From the NCBI RefSeq assembly GCF_009914755.1, contig NC_060936.1: a stretch of 64,000 nucleotides of DNA; one strand, written 5' to 3'. The DNA is from the human T2T-CHM13v2.0 reference genome, Homo sapiens. The notes beneath the pieces were generated by a model, which worked only from the letters and a program-made list of their open reading frames with translations, was not told the origin of the DNA and did not search any database. The position numbers were made by a program, and so were the translations under genes. Numbering within the stretch: the first letter of the stretch is position 1; each line of letters starts with the position of its first letter. Shown here piece after piece: positions 1 through 12,745 of this stretch.

Positions 1-990
1 TGCAGGTATCCGTTTAATATACTGATTTCTTTTCCTCTGGATAAATACCAAGTAGTGGGACTGCTGGATTGTATGGTAGTTGTTCTATTTTTAGTTTTTT
101 TGAGAAATCTCCCTACTGTTTTCCGTAATGGCTGTACTAATTGATATTCCTACCTACAGTGTATAAGAGTTCCCTTTTCTCTTCATCCTTGCCAGCATTA
201 GTTATTTTTTGTCTTTTGATAATAACTATTCTAATTGGGATGAGATGATATCTCATTGTGGTTTTTGTTTGCATTTCTCTGATGATTAGTGATGTAGAGC
301 ATTTTGTTGGCCATTTGTGTGTCTTCTTTTGAGAAATGTCTATTCATGGTTTTTGCCCACTTTTTAATAGGATTTTCTTTTTTTTTACTGTTGAGCTCTC
401 GGTTTTCCTTGTATATTCTGGATATTAGTCCTTTATTGAATGAACATTTTGCAAATATTTTCTCCCATTCTGTGGATTGTCTCTTCACTCTGTAGATTGT
501 TTCCTTTGCTGTACAGAAGCTATTTAGTTTAGTATAGTCACATTTGTCTATTTTTGGTTTCAGTTGCCTGTACTTTTGAGGTCTTAATCATAAAATATTT
601 GTCAAAACCAACGTCCTAAAATGTTTCTCCTATGTTTTCTTCTAGTAGTTTTATAGTTTCGGATCTTATGTTTAAGTCTATAATCCATCTTGAGTTGACT
701 TTTGTATGTGGTGAGAGATAGGGGTCTAGTTTCATTCTTCCACATATAGATATCAAATTTTTCTAGCACCATTTATTGAAGACAATGTCCTTTCCTCAGT
801 GTATGTTTTTGGCACCTTTGTCAAAAATCAGTTGGCTGCAAATACGTGGATTTATTTCTGGGTTCTCTACTCTGTTCCATTGGCCTGTGTGTCTGTCTGT
901 ATACCAATATCATGATATTTTGTTTACTACAGCCTTGAAATATATCTTGAAGTCAGGTAGTGTGGTGCCTCCAGCATTGTTCTTTTTGCT
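1..990 (-). mobile_element. LINE-1 fragment (ORF2 C-terminal region)
   Basis: Minus ORF 231-488 ([12 protein letters not shown]...GLISRIYKE...NPIKKWAK) is L1 ORF2-like. Confidence 0.9.
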
Positions 991-1047
991 TGCAAAATTT
1001 TTAAATGTTCATGAAGTCCAATTTGTTTATTTTGTTGTTGTTGGCTG

Positions 1048-1402
1048 TTTTTCTTTTCTTTTCTTTCTTTTTCTTTTTCTTTTTCTTTTTTTTTTTTTTT
1101 TTTTTGAGATGGGATCACTCTCTGTCACCCAGGTTGGAGTACAGTGGTGCAATCACAGCCCACTGAAGCCTCGAACACTTGGCCTCAAGCACAATCCTCT
1201 TGTCTCAGCCTCCTGAGTAGCTAGGATTATAGGAATGCACCACCATGTCCAGCTAATTTTTTAAACAAATATTTTTGTAGAGATAGGGTCTTACTCATTG
1301 CTCAGGCTGGTTTGAACTCCTGGGCTCAAGCAATCTTCAATGTTTCAACCTCCCAAAGTGCTGAGCCACTTTGGGAGTATGTATGAGCCACAATACCCAG
1401 CC
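1048..1402 (-). mobile_element. Alu (J-like)
   Basis: Poly-T followed by antisense Alu dimer. Confidence 0.9.
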
Positions 1403-1512
1403 AGCATCTTTCATGTCTTATCCAAGAAATCAGTGACAAATCCAATGTTTTGATGCTATTTTCATATTTTCTTCTAAGACTTTTACAGTTTTAGATTTTA
1501 CATTTAGTTATT

Positions 1513-1991
1513 TGCTATGTTTGAATATGGTTTTTCCCCACTAAAACTCATATTGAAACCTTAATTCCCTTTGTGGCAATGTTGGGAAGTGAAACCTCTA
1601 AGAGGTGGAGCCTAATGGGAGGTATCTGGGTCATGAGGACTCTGCCCTTGTGTGTGGTTCGGTTCTGTTCTTGCAGTAGTGAGTGTGCTCTCATTCTGAC
1701 AATACTGAATTGCTTCTAGCAGGAATGGATTAGTTCCTACAAGAGTGAGTTGTTATAAAGCCAGAATGCCCCTCAGGTTTTGCCTCTTGACATGTTTCCA
1801 CTTCCCCTTTGACCTTCCACCAGGTTGCATTGCAACACATGCAACAAAAGCCTTCACCAGAAGCCAAATGAATGCTGGCACTATCTTTCTTGAACTTACC
1901 AGCTTGCAGAACCATGAGCTAAGTCAACTTTTCTTTATAAATCACTCAGTCTCAGTTATTCTGTTATAGCAACACAAAGCAGTCAAAGACA
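1513..1991 (+). mobile_element. MaLR solo LTR (MST-like)
   Basis: TGCTATGTTTGAAT...AAAACTCATATTGAAA start and ...ATAGCAACACAAAG...GACA end. Confidence 0.8.
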
Positions 1992-2303
1992 ATCTTTGAT
2001 CCATTTTTAGTTAATTTTTATATATGGTGTTAGATAAGGCGACATATGGTGTCAGAAAACTGGGTATTCTTTTGTATGTGAATATCCACTTTTCTAGCAC
2101 AATTTGTTAAAAAAATGGTGTTTTCCCCATTGAATTATCTTAGTACCGTTATTGAAAATCATTTCACCACATATGTGAGGGTATGTTTCTGGGCTCTCTC
2201 TTTTATTTCATTGGTGGATATGTGTGACTTTATGCTAGTACCACAGTGTTTTGATTACTATAACTGTATAGTAAGTTTTGAAATCAGGAAGTGTGAATCC
2301 TTT

Positions 2304-3657
2304 TATATTAGTCTGTTTTGCATTTCTATAAAGAAATACCTGAGGTTGAGATACCTTCTCACACCAGTTAGAATGGCAATCACGAAAAAGTCAGGGAACA
2401 ACAGGTGCTGGAGAGGATGTGGAGAAATAGGAACACTTTTACACCATTGGTGGGACTATAAGCTAGTTCAACCATTGTGGAAGACAGTGTGGCGATTCCT
2501 CAAGGATCTAGAACTAGAAATACCATTTGACCCAGCCATCCCATTACTGGGTATATACCCAAAGGGTTATAAATCATGCTGCTGTAAAGACACATGCACA
2601 CATATGTTTATTGCGGCACTATTCACAATAGCAAAGACTTGGAACCAACCCATATGTCCAACAATGATAGACTGGAGTAAGAAAATGTGGCACATATACA
2701 CTATGGAATGCTATGCAGCCATAAAAAAGGATGAATTCATGTCCTTTGTAGGGACATGGATGAAGCTGGAAACCATCATTCTCAGCAAACTATCGCAAGG
2801 ACAGAAAACCAAACACCGCATGTTCTCACTCATAGGTTGGAATTGAACAATGAGAACACATGGACACAGGAAGGGGAACATCACACACTGGGGCCTGTTG
2901 TGGGGTGGTGGGGGGGGGAAGGATAGCATTAGGAGATATACCTAATGTAAATGATGAATTAATGGGTGCAGCACACCAACATCGCAGATGTATACATATG
3001 TAACAAACCTGCACATTGTGCACATGTACCCTAAAACTTAAAGTATACTTAAAAAAAAAATAAAAGAAATACCTGAGGTTGGGTGACTTACAAGGAAATG
3101 AGGTGTATTTTGGCTCACAGTTCTGCAGAGTGTACAAGAAATCTGTTTTGCATTTCTATAAAGAAATACCTGAGATTGGGTGAATTTATAAAGAAACGAA
3201 GTGTATTTTGGCTCACAGTTCTGCAGTGTGTACAAGAAGTTTACTTTGCATTTCTGTAAAGAAATACCAGAGGTTGGGTGATTTATAAAGAAATGAGGTT
3301 TATTTTGGCTCACAATTCTGCGGAGTATACAAGAAGCATAGTGCCAATATCTGCTTCTGGTGAGGGCCTCAGGAAGCCTAAAATCATGATGGAAGGCAAA
3401 GAGGGAGCAGGCATGCTACATGGTGAGAGAGGCAACAAGAAAGAGAGAGAGGAGGGAGAGGCCAGACTCTTTTTAACAAGCAGATCTTATGGTAACTCAT
3501 AGAACAAGAACGCACTCATTACTGCAAGGATGGCACCAAGCCATTAATAAGGCATCTACGACCATGACCCTAATACCTTCCACTAGGCCCTACCTCCAAT
3601 ATTGGGGATCACATTTCAACATGAGATTTGCAAGGGACAAATATCCAAATTGTATTA
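2304..3657 (-). mobile_element. MaLR solo LTR (MSTA-like) with internal ~97-bp triplication and nested L1PA
   Basis: TATATTAGTCTGTTTTGCATTTCTATAAAGAAATACC...GGCTCACAGTTCTGCAG...CAAATATCCAAA termini. Confidence 0.8.
2349..3062 (+). mobile_element. 5'-truncated L1PA with poly-A and 19-bp TSD
   Basis: ORF2 C-terminus (LTPVRMA...[14 protein letters not shown]...) plus 3'UTR; TSD AAAGAAATACCTGAGGTTG at 2330-2348 and 3063-3081. Confidence 0.95.
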
Positions 3658-4479
3658 CACCCAGCTTTGTTTTTTTGCAAGATCGCTTTGGCTATTCAGG
3701 GACCACCTAAGATTGCCTATGAATTTTAGGATGGGTTTTTCTATTTCTGAATATCTATCTTTGGAATTTTAATAGGGATTGCATTGAATCTGTTGATGAC
3801 TTGGGGAAGCACTGACATCTCAACAATATTAAGTCTTTCAATCCATGAACATGGGATGTCTTCTATTTATTGATGTCTTCTTTAATTTCTTTTAGCAATG
3901 TTTTGTAGTTTTCAATATTTACATTTTTTCTCACTTGTTAGTATGTAAGTATTTAATTCTTTTTGATGCTATGAAATTGTTTTTAGAATTTTCTTTTCAG
4001 ATGGTTCATTTTTAGTGTATAGAAATGCAACTGAATTTTGTGCATTGACTTTGTATCCTGCTACTTTGCTGAATTTATTTATTACTTCTAACAGTTTTTT
4101 GATGAATTAGGGTTTTCAACATATAAGATTATATCATCTGTGAACAGAGACAATTCTACTTTTTTCTTTCTGATTTGGATGTCTTTTATGTCTTTTTCTT
4201 GCCTAAATACTGTGTTTACAACTTCCAGTTCTATGTTGAATAGAAGTAGCAAAAGTAGGCATCATTGCTTTGTGCCTGATTTTAGAGAAAAAGCTTTCAG
4301 TCTTTCACCATTTAGTTTTATGTTAATAGTGAGTTTTTTCACATATGGCTTTTATTATACTGAGGCAGTTTCCTTCTATTTCTAGTTTGTTGACTTGTTT
4401 TTTAATTATGAAAGGCTGTTGAATTTTGTCAAATGCTTTTTCTATATCAATTGAGATAATCATGTGTTTTCTTCCCCCT

Positions 4480-5790
4480 TGTCTTAGTCCATTTGGTGTT
4501 GCTATACCAGAATACCTATGGCTGGATAGTTTATAAAGAAAAGAGATTTATTTAGCTCACAATTATGTAGGTTGTGAGGTTCAACAACATAGCACCCAAC
4601 TTCTGGTGAGGCTACATTCTGGCTAAAAACATGGTGGAGAAGCAGAAAAGTGAGCAGGCATGTACAAAGAGATCACATGATGAGGGAGGAAACAAGAGAG
4701 TCTAGGAAGCAAAACCCTCTACTGTAACAACATGCTTTCTGGTAAATAATTCCATTCTGTGAGAGCAACAACTCACCCACTCCTATGGAAGGGAATTAAT
4801 CTACTTATGAGGGATTAATCCTTGTGACCCAAGCACCTCCCACTAGGCCTCACCCCCCTACAATGCCAAACTGGGGATCAAATTTCAACAAGAGTTTTGA
4901 GAGTAATAAACCACATCTAAACCATAGCATTTTGTCCCATGCCCCAAAAGTCATGTTCTTCTCACATACAAAATAGAAACACTTGTTCCCAATAGTTTCA
5001 AAAGTCTTAATGTGCTCCATCACCAAATCAAAAGTCCAAAGTCTCATCTGAGAGCCTGTGAAATTTTTTTTTAAAACTTATTTACTTTCAAGATACAATG
5101 GTGAGACAGACATTGGGTAAACATTCCCACTCCAAAAGGGAAAAATAGGCCAAGAGAAGGGAAGAACAGGCCCTATACAAATCTAAAACCAGCAGGGCAG
5201 ACAATTAAATCCTAGTGCTCCAAAATAATCTTTCACTCCATGTGCTGCCTCCTGGACACACTGGTATGGGGACTGGGTCCCCAAGGCCTCAGAAAGCCCC
5301 ACCTCAATGGCCTTGCTGCATGGCTTGGAGTCTGGTGCCTGTAGCTTTCCCAGGTAAGTGTTTCACACTGCCAGTAGCTGTACAATTCTGTGGTCTTGAC
5401 AGTGGCCATGTTCCCACAGATCCACTAGGCATTGCCCCTGTGGGAGCTCCTCTTGTGGCTCCACCCTTGTGGCAGGTTTCTGCCTGGGCTCCCAGGCTTT
5501 CCATTACATCCTCTGAAATCTAGGTGGAAGCCTCCACACCTCCATCACTCCGGCATTTTGCATGCCTGCAGAATTAATGCCATGTGGACCTCGATGCTGC
5601 CAAGGCTTATGGCTTGTATCCTTTGAAGCAGCAGCCCAAGCTGTTTATGTGGCTAGTTGAGTCACAATGAATTGGCTGAAATAGCCAGGATGTAGTGAGC
5701 AGGTCCTGAGGAAACCCTGGGCAGTGTGCCTATGGGGAATAGTTGGAACTGTCCCCTGAAACCATTCTGATCTCCTAGGCTTCCTCTGGC
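4480..5790 (-). mobile_element. MaLR LTR (4480-4929) plus truncated internal region (4930-~5790)
   Basis: TGTCTTAGTCCATTTGGTGTTGCTATA...AAACCATAGCA, followed by THE1/MST-int-like sequence that stops abruptly; no second LTR. Confidence 0.8.
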
Positions 5791-5889
5791 TTCCTCTGGT
5801 AGCTGGTCAAGCTGGGCCTTAGGAGACCAATGTTGGCCTGCCCAGGTACTGCTCGAGAGTTTTACCCTGGAGGGGCTCCTTTGAGCTAG
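5789..5889. repeat. Inverted repeat copy A (partner 8609-8709)
   Basis: About 6 mismatches over 101 bp against the reverse complement of 8609-8709 (manual alignment). Confidence 0.95.
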
Positions 5890-6789
5890 GGTTTGCAAAT
5901 TCCCAACTGGGATTATTTTGCTCAATTTTCTACTGTCATCTTCTAAGTCCAAACTGTGGTTTGTAATAAGACAACATTTTTCTCCTTTTGGACTTTCAGC
6001 ATGCAGTATAGAACAAACCCACCAGAGGCATATCTGAGTTAGCAAAACATTTACTCCATTTCCCTATAGCAAATTATTCCACATAGTACTGCCTGTGGTT
6101 GCAAAGACACCACTATTTTACAGCCAATAATGAATGAATGATGGGCAGTTTTACTAGAATTGCTTTTCATTTTTGTCAGCTTTATAAAAATTTTTACATT
6201 TTCACTTATATGTTCCTAAAGAGTGAATGTGCATGGGGAAAGATTCTGAGAGCTAATTTGGCACATATTATTTTAACAACTCCAGAGAGAACATATATTA
6301 TTTATTGTCAGTTGTTTTAATAATGTTTCTACAATGAAAGAATTCACAAGGCTAAAAAGTTCTATTCTGTATTTAATTTACTTGTTCAAATGTCTATATA
6401 GGCTTTTATTACTAACTCCATGATTTTCTACGATCACTTAAAGCTAATGGACAAATGTTGACTATTTGACACAAAATCTTGTTCTTCCATTTAAAAAAGT
6501 TTTTCCAAATAGTGGATTTAAGGCTGTCTTTGGAGCCGGTTTTGTTATTCTGTTACATAAGAATGTATTCAGGGATGACAGAGGCATAATGTGCACATTA
6601 GTCCTCTATTCAATTAAAAGTTCAATACACAGTATTAATTTGACTTTATATTAGTAGGTGAAATTATAAATTTAGTGACCAAGCAGAATCATATGTCAAC
6701 AGCTATAATATTAAAATCATTACTGTAGTGTGATTTCTTTAGGCTACATCTGAGAACTGTTCTTTCCTCTCATCACAAATGATTTTGTC

Positions 6790-7227
6790 ATGCCCACTCC
6801 CCCACCACGAGACTTGATTAAACGCTAGCATAGCTCAAGCCCTGACCCGGGGTCAACCCAGCCCTCCTCAAGTTCCTGTCTGGGAAATCTCAAGGTTGTT
6901 GAAAAATTTACTGTTTGTTCTAGCCAACATCTGAAGACTTGGCCCCTGTCTCCCAGGCTCTGTGGGAGGGTAAGAGCTTAACTTTGATAAGCACTAGTTA
7001 ACAAACCCAGACGGTCTAATCACATTGGCCAAACCCTTTTACCCAATAATTGTAATTTTTCACTTCCATGACTTTGGTTGAGCCGGGCAGTTTCTCTCTC
7101 TTCACTCCCTCATTCTCCCTTTAAAATGCCCAGTAGCCTCTATATGGATTGGAGTTGAGCTCAGTTCCATACTGGTTTGTCTTTATAATCTTTAACTAGC
7201 TTTAACTGGCTTTGTTTTTCTTTAACA
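6790..7227 (+). mobile_element. ERV1 solo LTR (MER31-like)
   Basis: ...GGAGTTGAGCTCAG...TTTAACT...TTTTTCTTTAACA 3' end; 5' boundary approximate. Confidence 0.55.
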
Positions 7228-7566
7228 CATTTAGCCAAAAACTTGAGCTAAACCAATTAAAATACAGAGGCATAGAAACTTTTCACTCACCTGAGAAACA
7301 TGTCAATAGCAATAGTGTATGAATTAAGTATAGTTGAATGGCAACTGGCCACAGTCTTGACAGTAAGTGATTTACAATCCAGTCTTATGAGAGAATTTGA
7401 AATGATGCTCTGCTCATCTCAATCATTCCTGCTGTAAAACAAAAGAATCAAAGAGGGAAGTCTTTCTACAAACAAGTAACTAATCAAGATGAGGTGTGGT
7501 AAAAATAATAATAATAATAAAAGCATCTCCTGTGTCAAAGCATTAATTTTTCTATTGGTTATCAGA

Positions 7567-8086
7567 GTAGAAAAAAATATTTTTTTTATTTACCCCTCTT
7601 AGGTTCATTGGCTTGGAGTCCATGAATCAAACAAATAACAGACAGATTAACAAGAGAAAAAAACAGTTTTAATTATGTACATAGCTACATACGTAACACC
7701 AGAGTTTATAAAGAAAAATGTTCCTCAAGGAGGCAGCCAGATGGTTAAGGCTTTTACGGTATTCCATTTTTAGCAAAATAAAGGAAAAGGGATTTGGGAC
7801 TTCTAGGTCAGGAGGCAAGTTACAGGAAGGTGACCAAGAAAAGTATGGTAAACAAGGATTGTTTAGTGCTTTCTCCATTGATAAGAGTTATTGAGTCCTC
7901 TTCTCCATAAGGGAAAAGGAGATATCTTTAAAGATGGAAATGTTCTAAATTTTCTTTATTAAAGGAAAATTTGTGCCCTATTTTTAGAGCTTTTTCTGTG
8001 TCTGTTGGTCTCGATGGCCTTTAGCTAAAATATTCAACGTAACAAAAAGGCATATTTTGGGGGGTGTAGCATATCTTGGTACCCTT
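7567..8086 (-). mobile_element. ERV1 solo LTR (MER34/MER67-like group)
   Basis: ACAGATTAACAAGAGAAAA and CATATTTTGGGG motifs shared with copies at 9798, 26208 and 55201. Confidence 0.65.
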
Positions 8087-8199
8087 TGTGGTGACAAATT
8101 CCATATCTGTTGGGCATTCCTAGGGGTCAGTGCTGGATTTCCCTGCTGACCAACTAGGAAAATGAAGTGGGAACTGAAAAGGGCATTGTGGCTGTCTCT

Positions 8200-8545
8200 C
8201 CAACAGTCTTTCCTCAGATGATCACTCAAAGCCAACTGTGTCACCTACCTGTGATTGGGCTAAAGAAATGTGAGGTGTGTTTCACCAGAGTTGTCAGGGG
8301 AAAGAGCCAGTTGTCTTTGAATCCTGCACATGGACAAGGACACACGTGTACCCAGTTGTGCTGGTAGCCATATTATGACAATGAGGAAAAGCAACCCTAC
8401 AATGAAGTGAGTGTCATAAATAGCAGCACAGAGAACGAAGCTGGATTCTAGATGATATTGCTGAACCATGGAATCGATCGAATTACTTAAGATAATAAAT
8501 TCTCTTATTGTTTAGGACATTTTGAGTTGGTATTCTGTTATAGGA
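8200..8545 (+). mobile_element. Old MaLR LTR fragment (MLT1-like)
   Basis: ...GATAATAAATTCTCTTATTGTTT...TTGAGTTGGTATTCTGTTA 3' end. Confidence 0.5.
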
Positions 8546-8608
8546 AGGCTAAAAACAGCAGAGCCCAGAGAGGGAGTCAGTGTTCTCCATGGAGGGAAGA
8601 TGGGCCTT

Positions 8609-8709
8609 CTAGCTCAAAAGAGCACCTCCAGAGTAAAACTCTCGAGCAGTACCTGGGCAGGCCAACATTGCTCTCCTAAGGCCCAGCTTGACCAGCTGCC
8701 AGAGGAGGC
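8609..8709. repeat. Inverted repeat copy B (partner 5789-5889)
   Basis: Peptide SRVKLSSSTWAGQHxSPKAQLDQLPEEA appears in ORFs 5662-6045(-) and 8522-8755(+). Confidence 0.95.
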
Positions 8710-9797
8710 AGACATTTTGATGAGGGAAGGTGGTCGGGAAAGGGGCAAGGAGTAGCGATGTTGAAACCAGCAAGTCTGTGAAGACAGTTAAATGAGCCAA
8801 AATATTTGGGTGAGGTAGATGGGGACACTAACATTAAAGACAGGAAAAATGATGAAGAGAAAAAAGGAGAGGCCAGAGATTGCTTTTTCTATATTCTGGA
8901 AAAGTACCAGTTCCATATGAATTACCTGGTTTACTTGTGTGTTTTTAAAGATCAGCTAGAACTTATCACAATCTATCTGGTCCTGGTGATTTTTTAGAGA
9001 GTAGGTCTTTTAAGCCTCCTTCTGTCTCTTCTGTAGCATTTGATCTACCCAAGTTTTATGTTTCTTCTTGGGTCAATTGTGTTAGCTTATATTTTGCAAG
9101 AACATCATTTATTCCCTGTAGGTTTTTTGAAATGTTGCGATTGAATCTAATATTCTCTTATAATGTTTTCAGTGTCTTATATTTGATTGTCTCTCTCTTA
9201 TTTCTTATCTTGTGTATGTTTCTCTTAGTCAGGCTTCTATTGATTTTCCTTTTTAGGTCTATTTATCCTTTCTGCTCTTTTACTTATTATTTTGCTTTCT
9301 TGTTCATTATTTTCCTTCTTCACTATTTTAATCTTTCCACTTGGTTTTGTTTTCTTTTTCTAATTTCCTAAAGATGAGTATTGTTCTTTACTTTTCAGCT
9401 CTTAATCTTTAATGGCAAAGGCACTTAAAGCTACAAATATTCCTCTCATAGATTTCCATATGTCTTCTTGGTTTGACATAAATAGTAGTTCTTGCCATTG
9501 CTTTGAAATAATTTTGAATTTTGGTTTTTATTTTCTTTTTGACCCAGAGCTATTAAAGTGTTGTTACTTTATTGAAGTGTTGTTGTTTTTTCATAAGTAT
9601 TTAGAATTTTTGTCATTCTTTTTTTCTTATTTCTGAGTTTTATTAGAGAATATAACCTGTAAAATTGACCTTTAAAAAAAAGTTAAGTTTTTTCAACCAA
9701 GAGTATGACCAAATGTCATAAATACTCCATGAACATGCAAAAATATGAATATTTTCTACTTAATACTTTCTACTCAAAGGATATATGGTTTAATATT

Positions 9798-10289
9798 GTA
9801 GGGGAGGAAAAATATCTTCTCACTTCTAGGTTGTTTGCTGGGGCTGTAAGATACAGATTAACAAGAGAAAAGAATACAAATTTATTTAAAATCTGTTTTA
9901 CATAACACAGAAGTGGAAATGAAGACCTAAATAAACAGTTAACCCTGAGTATTTTTATACTAGGTTTGACAAAGAGTAGAAAGTTGTGGAAAAATATGAT
10001 AGGGCAGAGAGGGTTTGAGCTAGGATAGCAAACTGGAGGAAACTTAGCAAGGCCTATTTGTTTGAATTCCTCTCAACATCCCTCCATCTTCCCATCTTCG
10101 GTGATAAAGGTGTCCTTCTCTCTGAGTATCAGGAAGGTACCTCTCATGTGAGGGTCTTATGTCGTATTTCAGGGGAGAAGAAAGTGTCAGAGTGTCCTTT
10201 CTGTACCTGCCATTTTTCAGATTCCTTCAGCTTAAAATATTCAATATGGCAAGCTGCCATATTTTGGGGTAGTATGTCCTAAACCCCAT
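9798..10289 (-). mobile_element. ERV1 solo LTR (MER34/MER67-like group)
   Basis: TGTAGGGGAGGAAAAA...ACAGATTAACAAGAGAAAA...ATATTTTGGGGTAGTATGTCCTAAACCCCA. Confidence 0.65.
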
Positions 10290-10495
10290 CATTTCAATAG
10301 TTTTACTGTTTAATTTCTGTTTGTCATTATTACTATTTTTTGCCCCATTGGATTTGGAGAATTCTGAAAGACATATATCGTATATATTTCTAAATGAAGT
10401 TCTCCTTGCATTTCTAACACTTTATATATTTAGCTGCTGTATCTAATACATACAAAGTAATTACTAGTATATCTTTTACCTAAATTGTACTTTTT

Positions 10496-10657
10496 GGCCC
10501 AGCATGGTGACTGATGCCTGTAATCCTAGTGTTTTGGGAGGCCAAGATAGGAAGATCGCTTGAGCCCAGGAGTTCAAGGCTGCAGTGAACTATTATCATG
10601 CCGCTGTATTTCAGCTTGGGCAACAAAGTGAGACCCTGTCTCAAAAAAAAAAAAAAA
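10496..10657 (+). mobile_element. Alu monomer (FAM/FRAM-like)
   Basis: Single arm plus poly-A. Confidence 0.85.
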
Positions 10658-10689
10658 GTTCTTTTTATCATTGTATATTACTCATCTTT

Positions 10690-11326
10690 TTTTTTTTTTT
10701 TTTTAGTATCATTCTTGGGTGTTTCTCGGAGAGGGGGATTTGGCAAGGTCATAGGACAATAGTGGAGGGAAGGTCAGCAGATAAACACGTGAACAAGGGT
10801 CTCTGGTTTTCCTAGGCGGAGGGCCCTGCCGCCTTCCACAGCGTTTGTGTCCCTGGGTACTTGAGATTAGGGAGTGGTGATGACTCTTAAGGAGCATGCT
10901 GCCTTCAAGCATCTGTTTAACAAAGCACATCTTGCACTGCCCTTAATCCATTTAACCCTGAGTGGACACAGCACATGTTTCAGAGAGCACGGGGTTGGGG
11001 GTAAGGTTATAGATTAACAGCATCCCAAGGCAGAAGAATTTTTCTTAGTACAGAACAAAATGGAGTCTCCTATGTCTACTTCTTTCTACACAGACACAGT
11101 AACAATCTGATCTCTCTTTTCCCCACATTTCCCCCTTTGCTATTCGGCAAAACCGCCATCGTCATCATGGCCCGTTCTCAATGAGCTGTTGGGTACACCT
11201 CCCAGACGGGGTGGCGGCTGGGCAGAGGGGCTCCTCACTTCCCAGACAGGGCAACCGGGCAGAGGCGCCCCCCACCTCCCGGATGGGGCGGCGGCCGGGC
11301 GGAGGCGCCCCCCACCTCCCTCCCGG
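10690..11326 (-). mobile_element. 5'-truncated SVA (SINE-R plus partial VNTR)
   Basis: ATCATTCTTGGGTGTTTCTCGGAGAGGGGGATTTGGC...; GC-rich VNTR units; 15-bp TSD ATATTACTCATCTTT at 10675-10689 and 11327-11341. Confidence 0.95.
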
Positions 11327-11817
11327 ATATTACTCATCTTTAATTTCATTGGTGGTTTTAAGCTTAAATTCTGCCCACCTGGTATTAATATGAACTTCTC
11401 CTTTCTCTTTGTGATATCTCTTTGTCCATTTCATTTTTCAGTCTTTAAAAAACTCACTTTGTTTTAAGCATTAAAAAACCAATAAACAGTGTATTGCTTA
11501 ATTTTGTTATTTAACCCAACCTGCCAGTCTCTGTTTTTCAATAGAAAATTTAGCCCATTCATGTTAAGTATAACAACTGTTTTATTCATTCTATCTTATT
11601 TAATATTTATCTTTGGTCTTACTTTGCATTTCCTCTTTTTTCTTTCTTCATTTTTGCTGATTTGTTCAGGTTGCTCTACATTCTCATTTTCTTATTAATT
11701 ATCTTCCCTTATCATCACACACAAGTTTCTGGACTATCATATGAAATCCACATGCTTTTTCCTTTCAACCAAATCACTCTTTTTTTCACTGTTCCCACCA
11801 ATAAATGAGACTTTTGA

Positions 11818-12184
<367 letters not shown>

Positions 12185-12579
12185 TGATATGGCTTAATAC
12201 TTTGGGTTCTAAGCTATTATTAGATTTCTCTTGCAGTAAATTCTTCTTTTTAAAGATTGCTTATTTAGCTATTATATTAATCTCACTTTGTTAACACCTA
12301 TTTGCATCTAACTTTACTTACTGCAAGCTATACTGCTTGCCATTTTTGTTTCCTCTCTTCATCTTCTACTCTGACCTGGTTTCCCTAAGATGGAATAGGA
12401 GGATGATATTTTCTATGAATTCTTGCATAGCCACAAATATAGTTTTTCTCCTGATAAAAGAAAGATAATATCTTGCCTCAGATATAAAATTCTTGGATTG
12501 TAGTTCTTTTCTCTCTGATATTAGTAATTTTTATTAGCTCCTGAGTTGTAGATGACACAGTCCTGTATCAGTCTAACGT

Positions 12580-12675
12580 TTCTTCTTCTTCTTCTTTTTT
12601 TCTTCCTCTTCCTCTTCTTCTTCTGCTGCTGCTTCTTTCTTCTTCTTCTTCTCCTTCTTCTTCTTTTCTTCTTCT

Positions 12676-12710
<35 letters not shown>

Positions 12711-12745
12711 TTCTATATGTATATGTATGTGTCTATAGATAGATA
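12580..12745. repeat. (TTC/CTC)n microsatellite followed by TA-rich repeat
   Basis: Visible trinucleotide run. Confidence 0.95.

Larger units (their letters stand above)
991..4479 (-). mobile_element. Older L1M element, fragmented by Alu, MaLR LTR and L1PA insertions
   Basis: Antisense L1 ORF2-like sequence resumes at ~1403, ~1992 and ~3658 after each insertion. Confidence 0.8.

Noticed and set aside
2115-2846. Longest ORF (243 aa)
   Set aside because: Chimera of antisense L1, MST and the ORF2 C-terminus of a 5'-truncated L1PA; not a gene.
2312-3336. Regularly repeated ~97-bp units suggestive of an array
   Set aside because: No unique spacers; a tandem duplication within a mammalian LTR, not CRISPR.
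5662-6045. 127-aa ORF sharing a peptide with ORF 8522-8755
   Set aside because: The shared peptide just reflects the DNA inverted duplication, and the ORF crosses a rearrangement junction into MaLR sequence.
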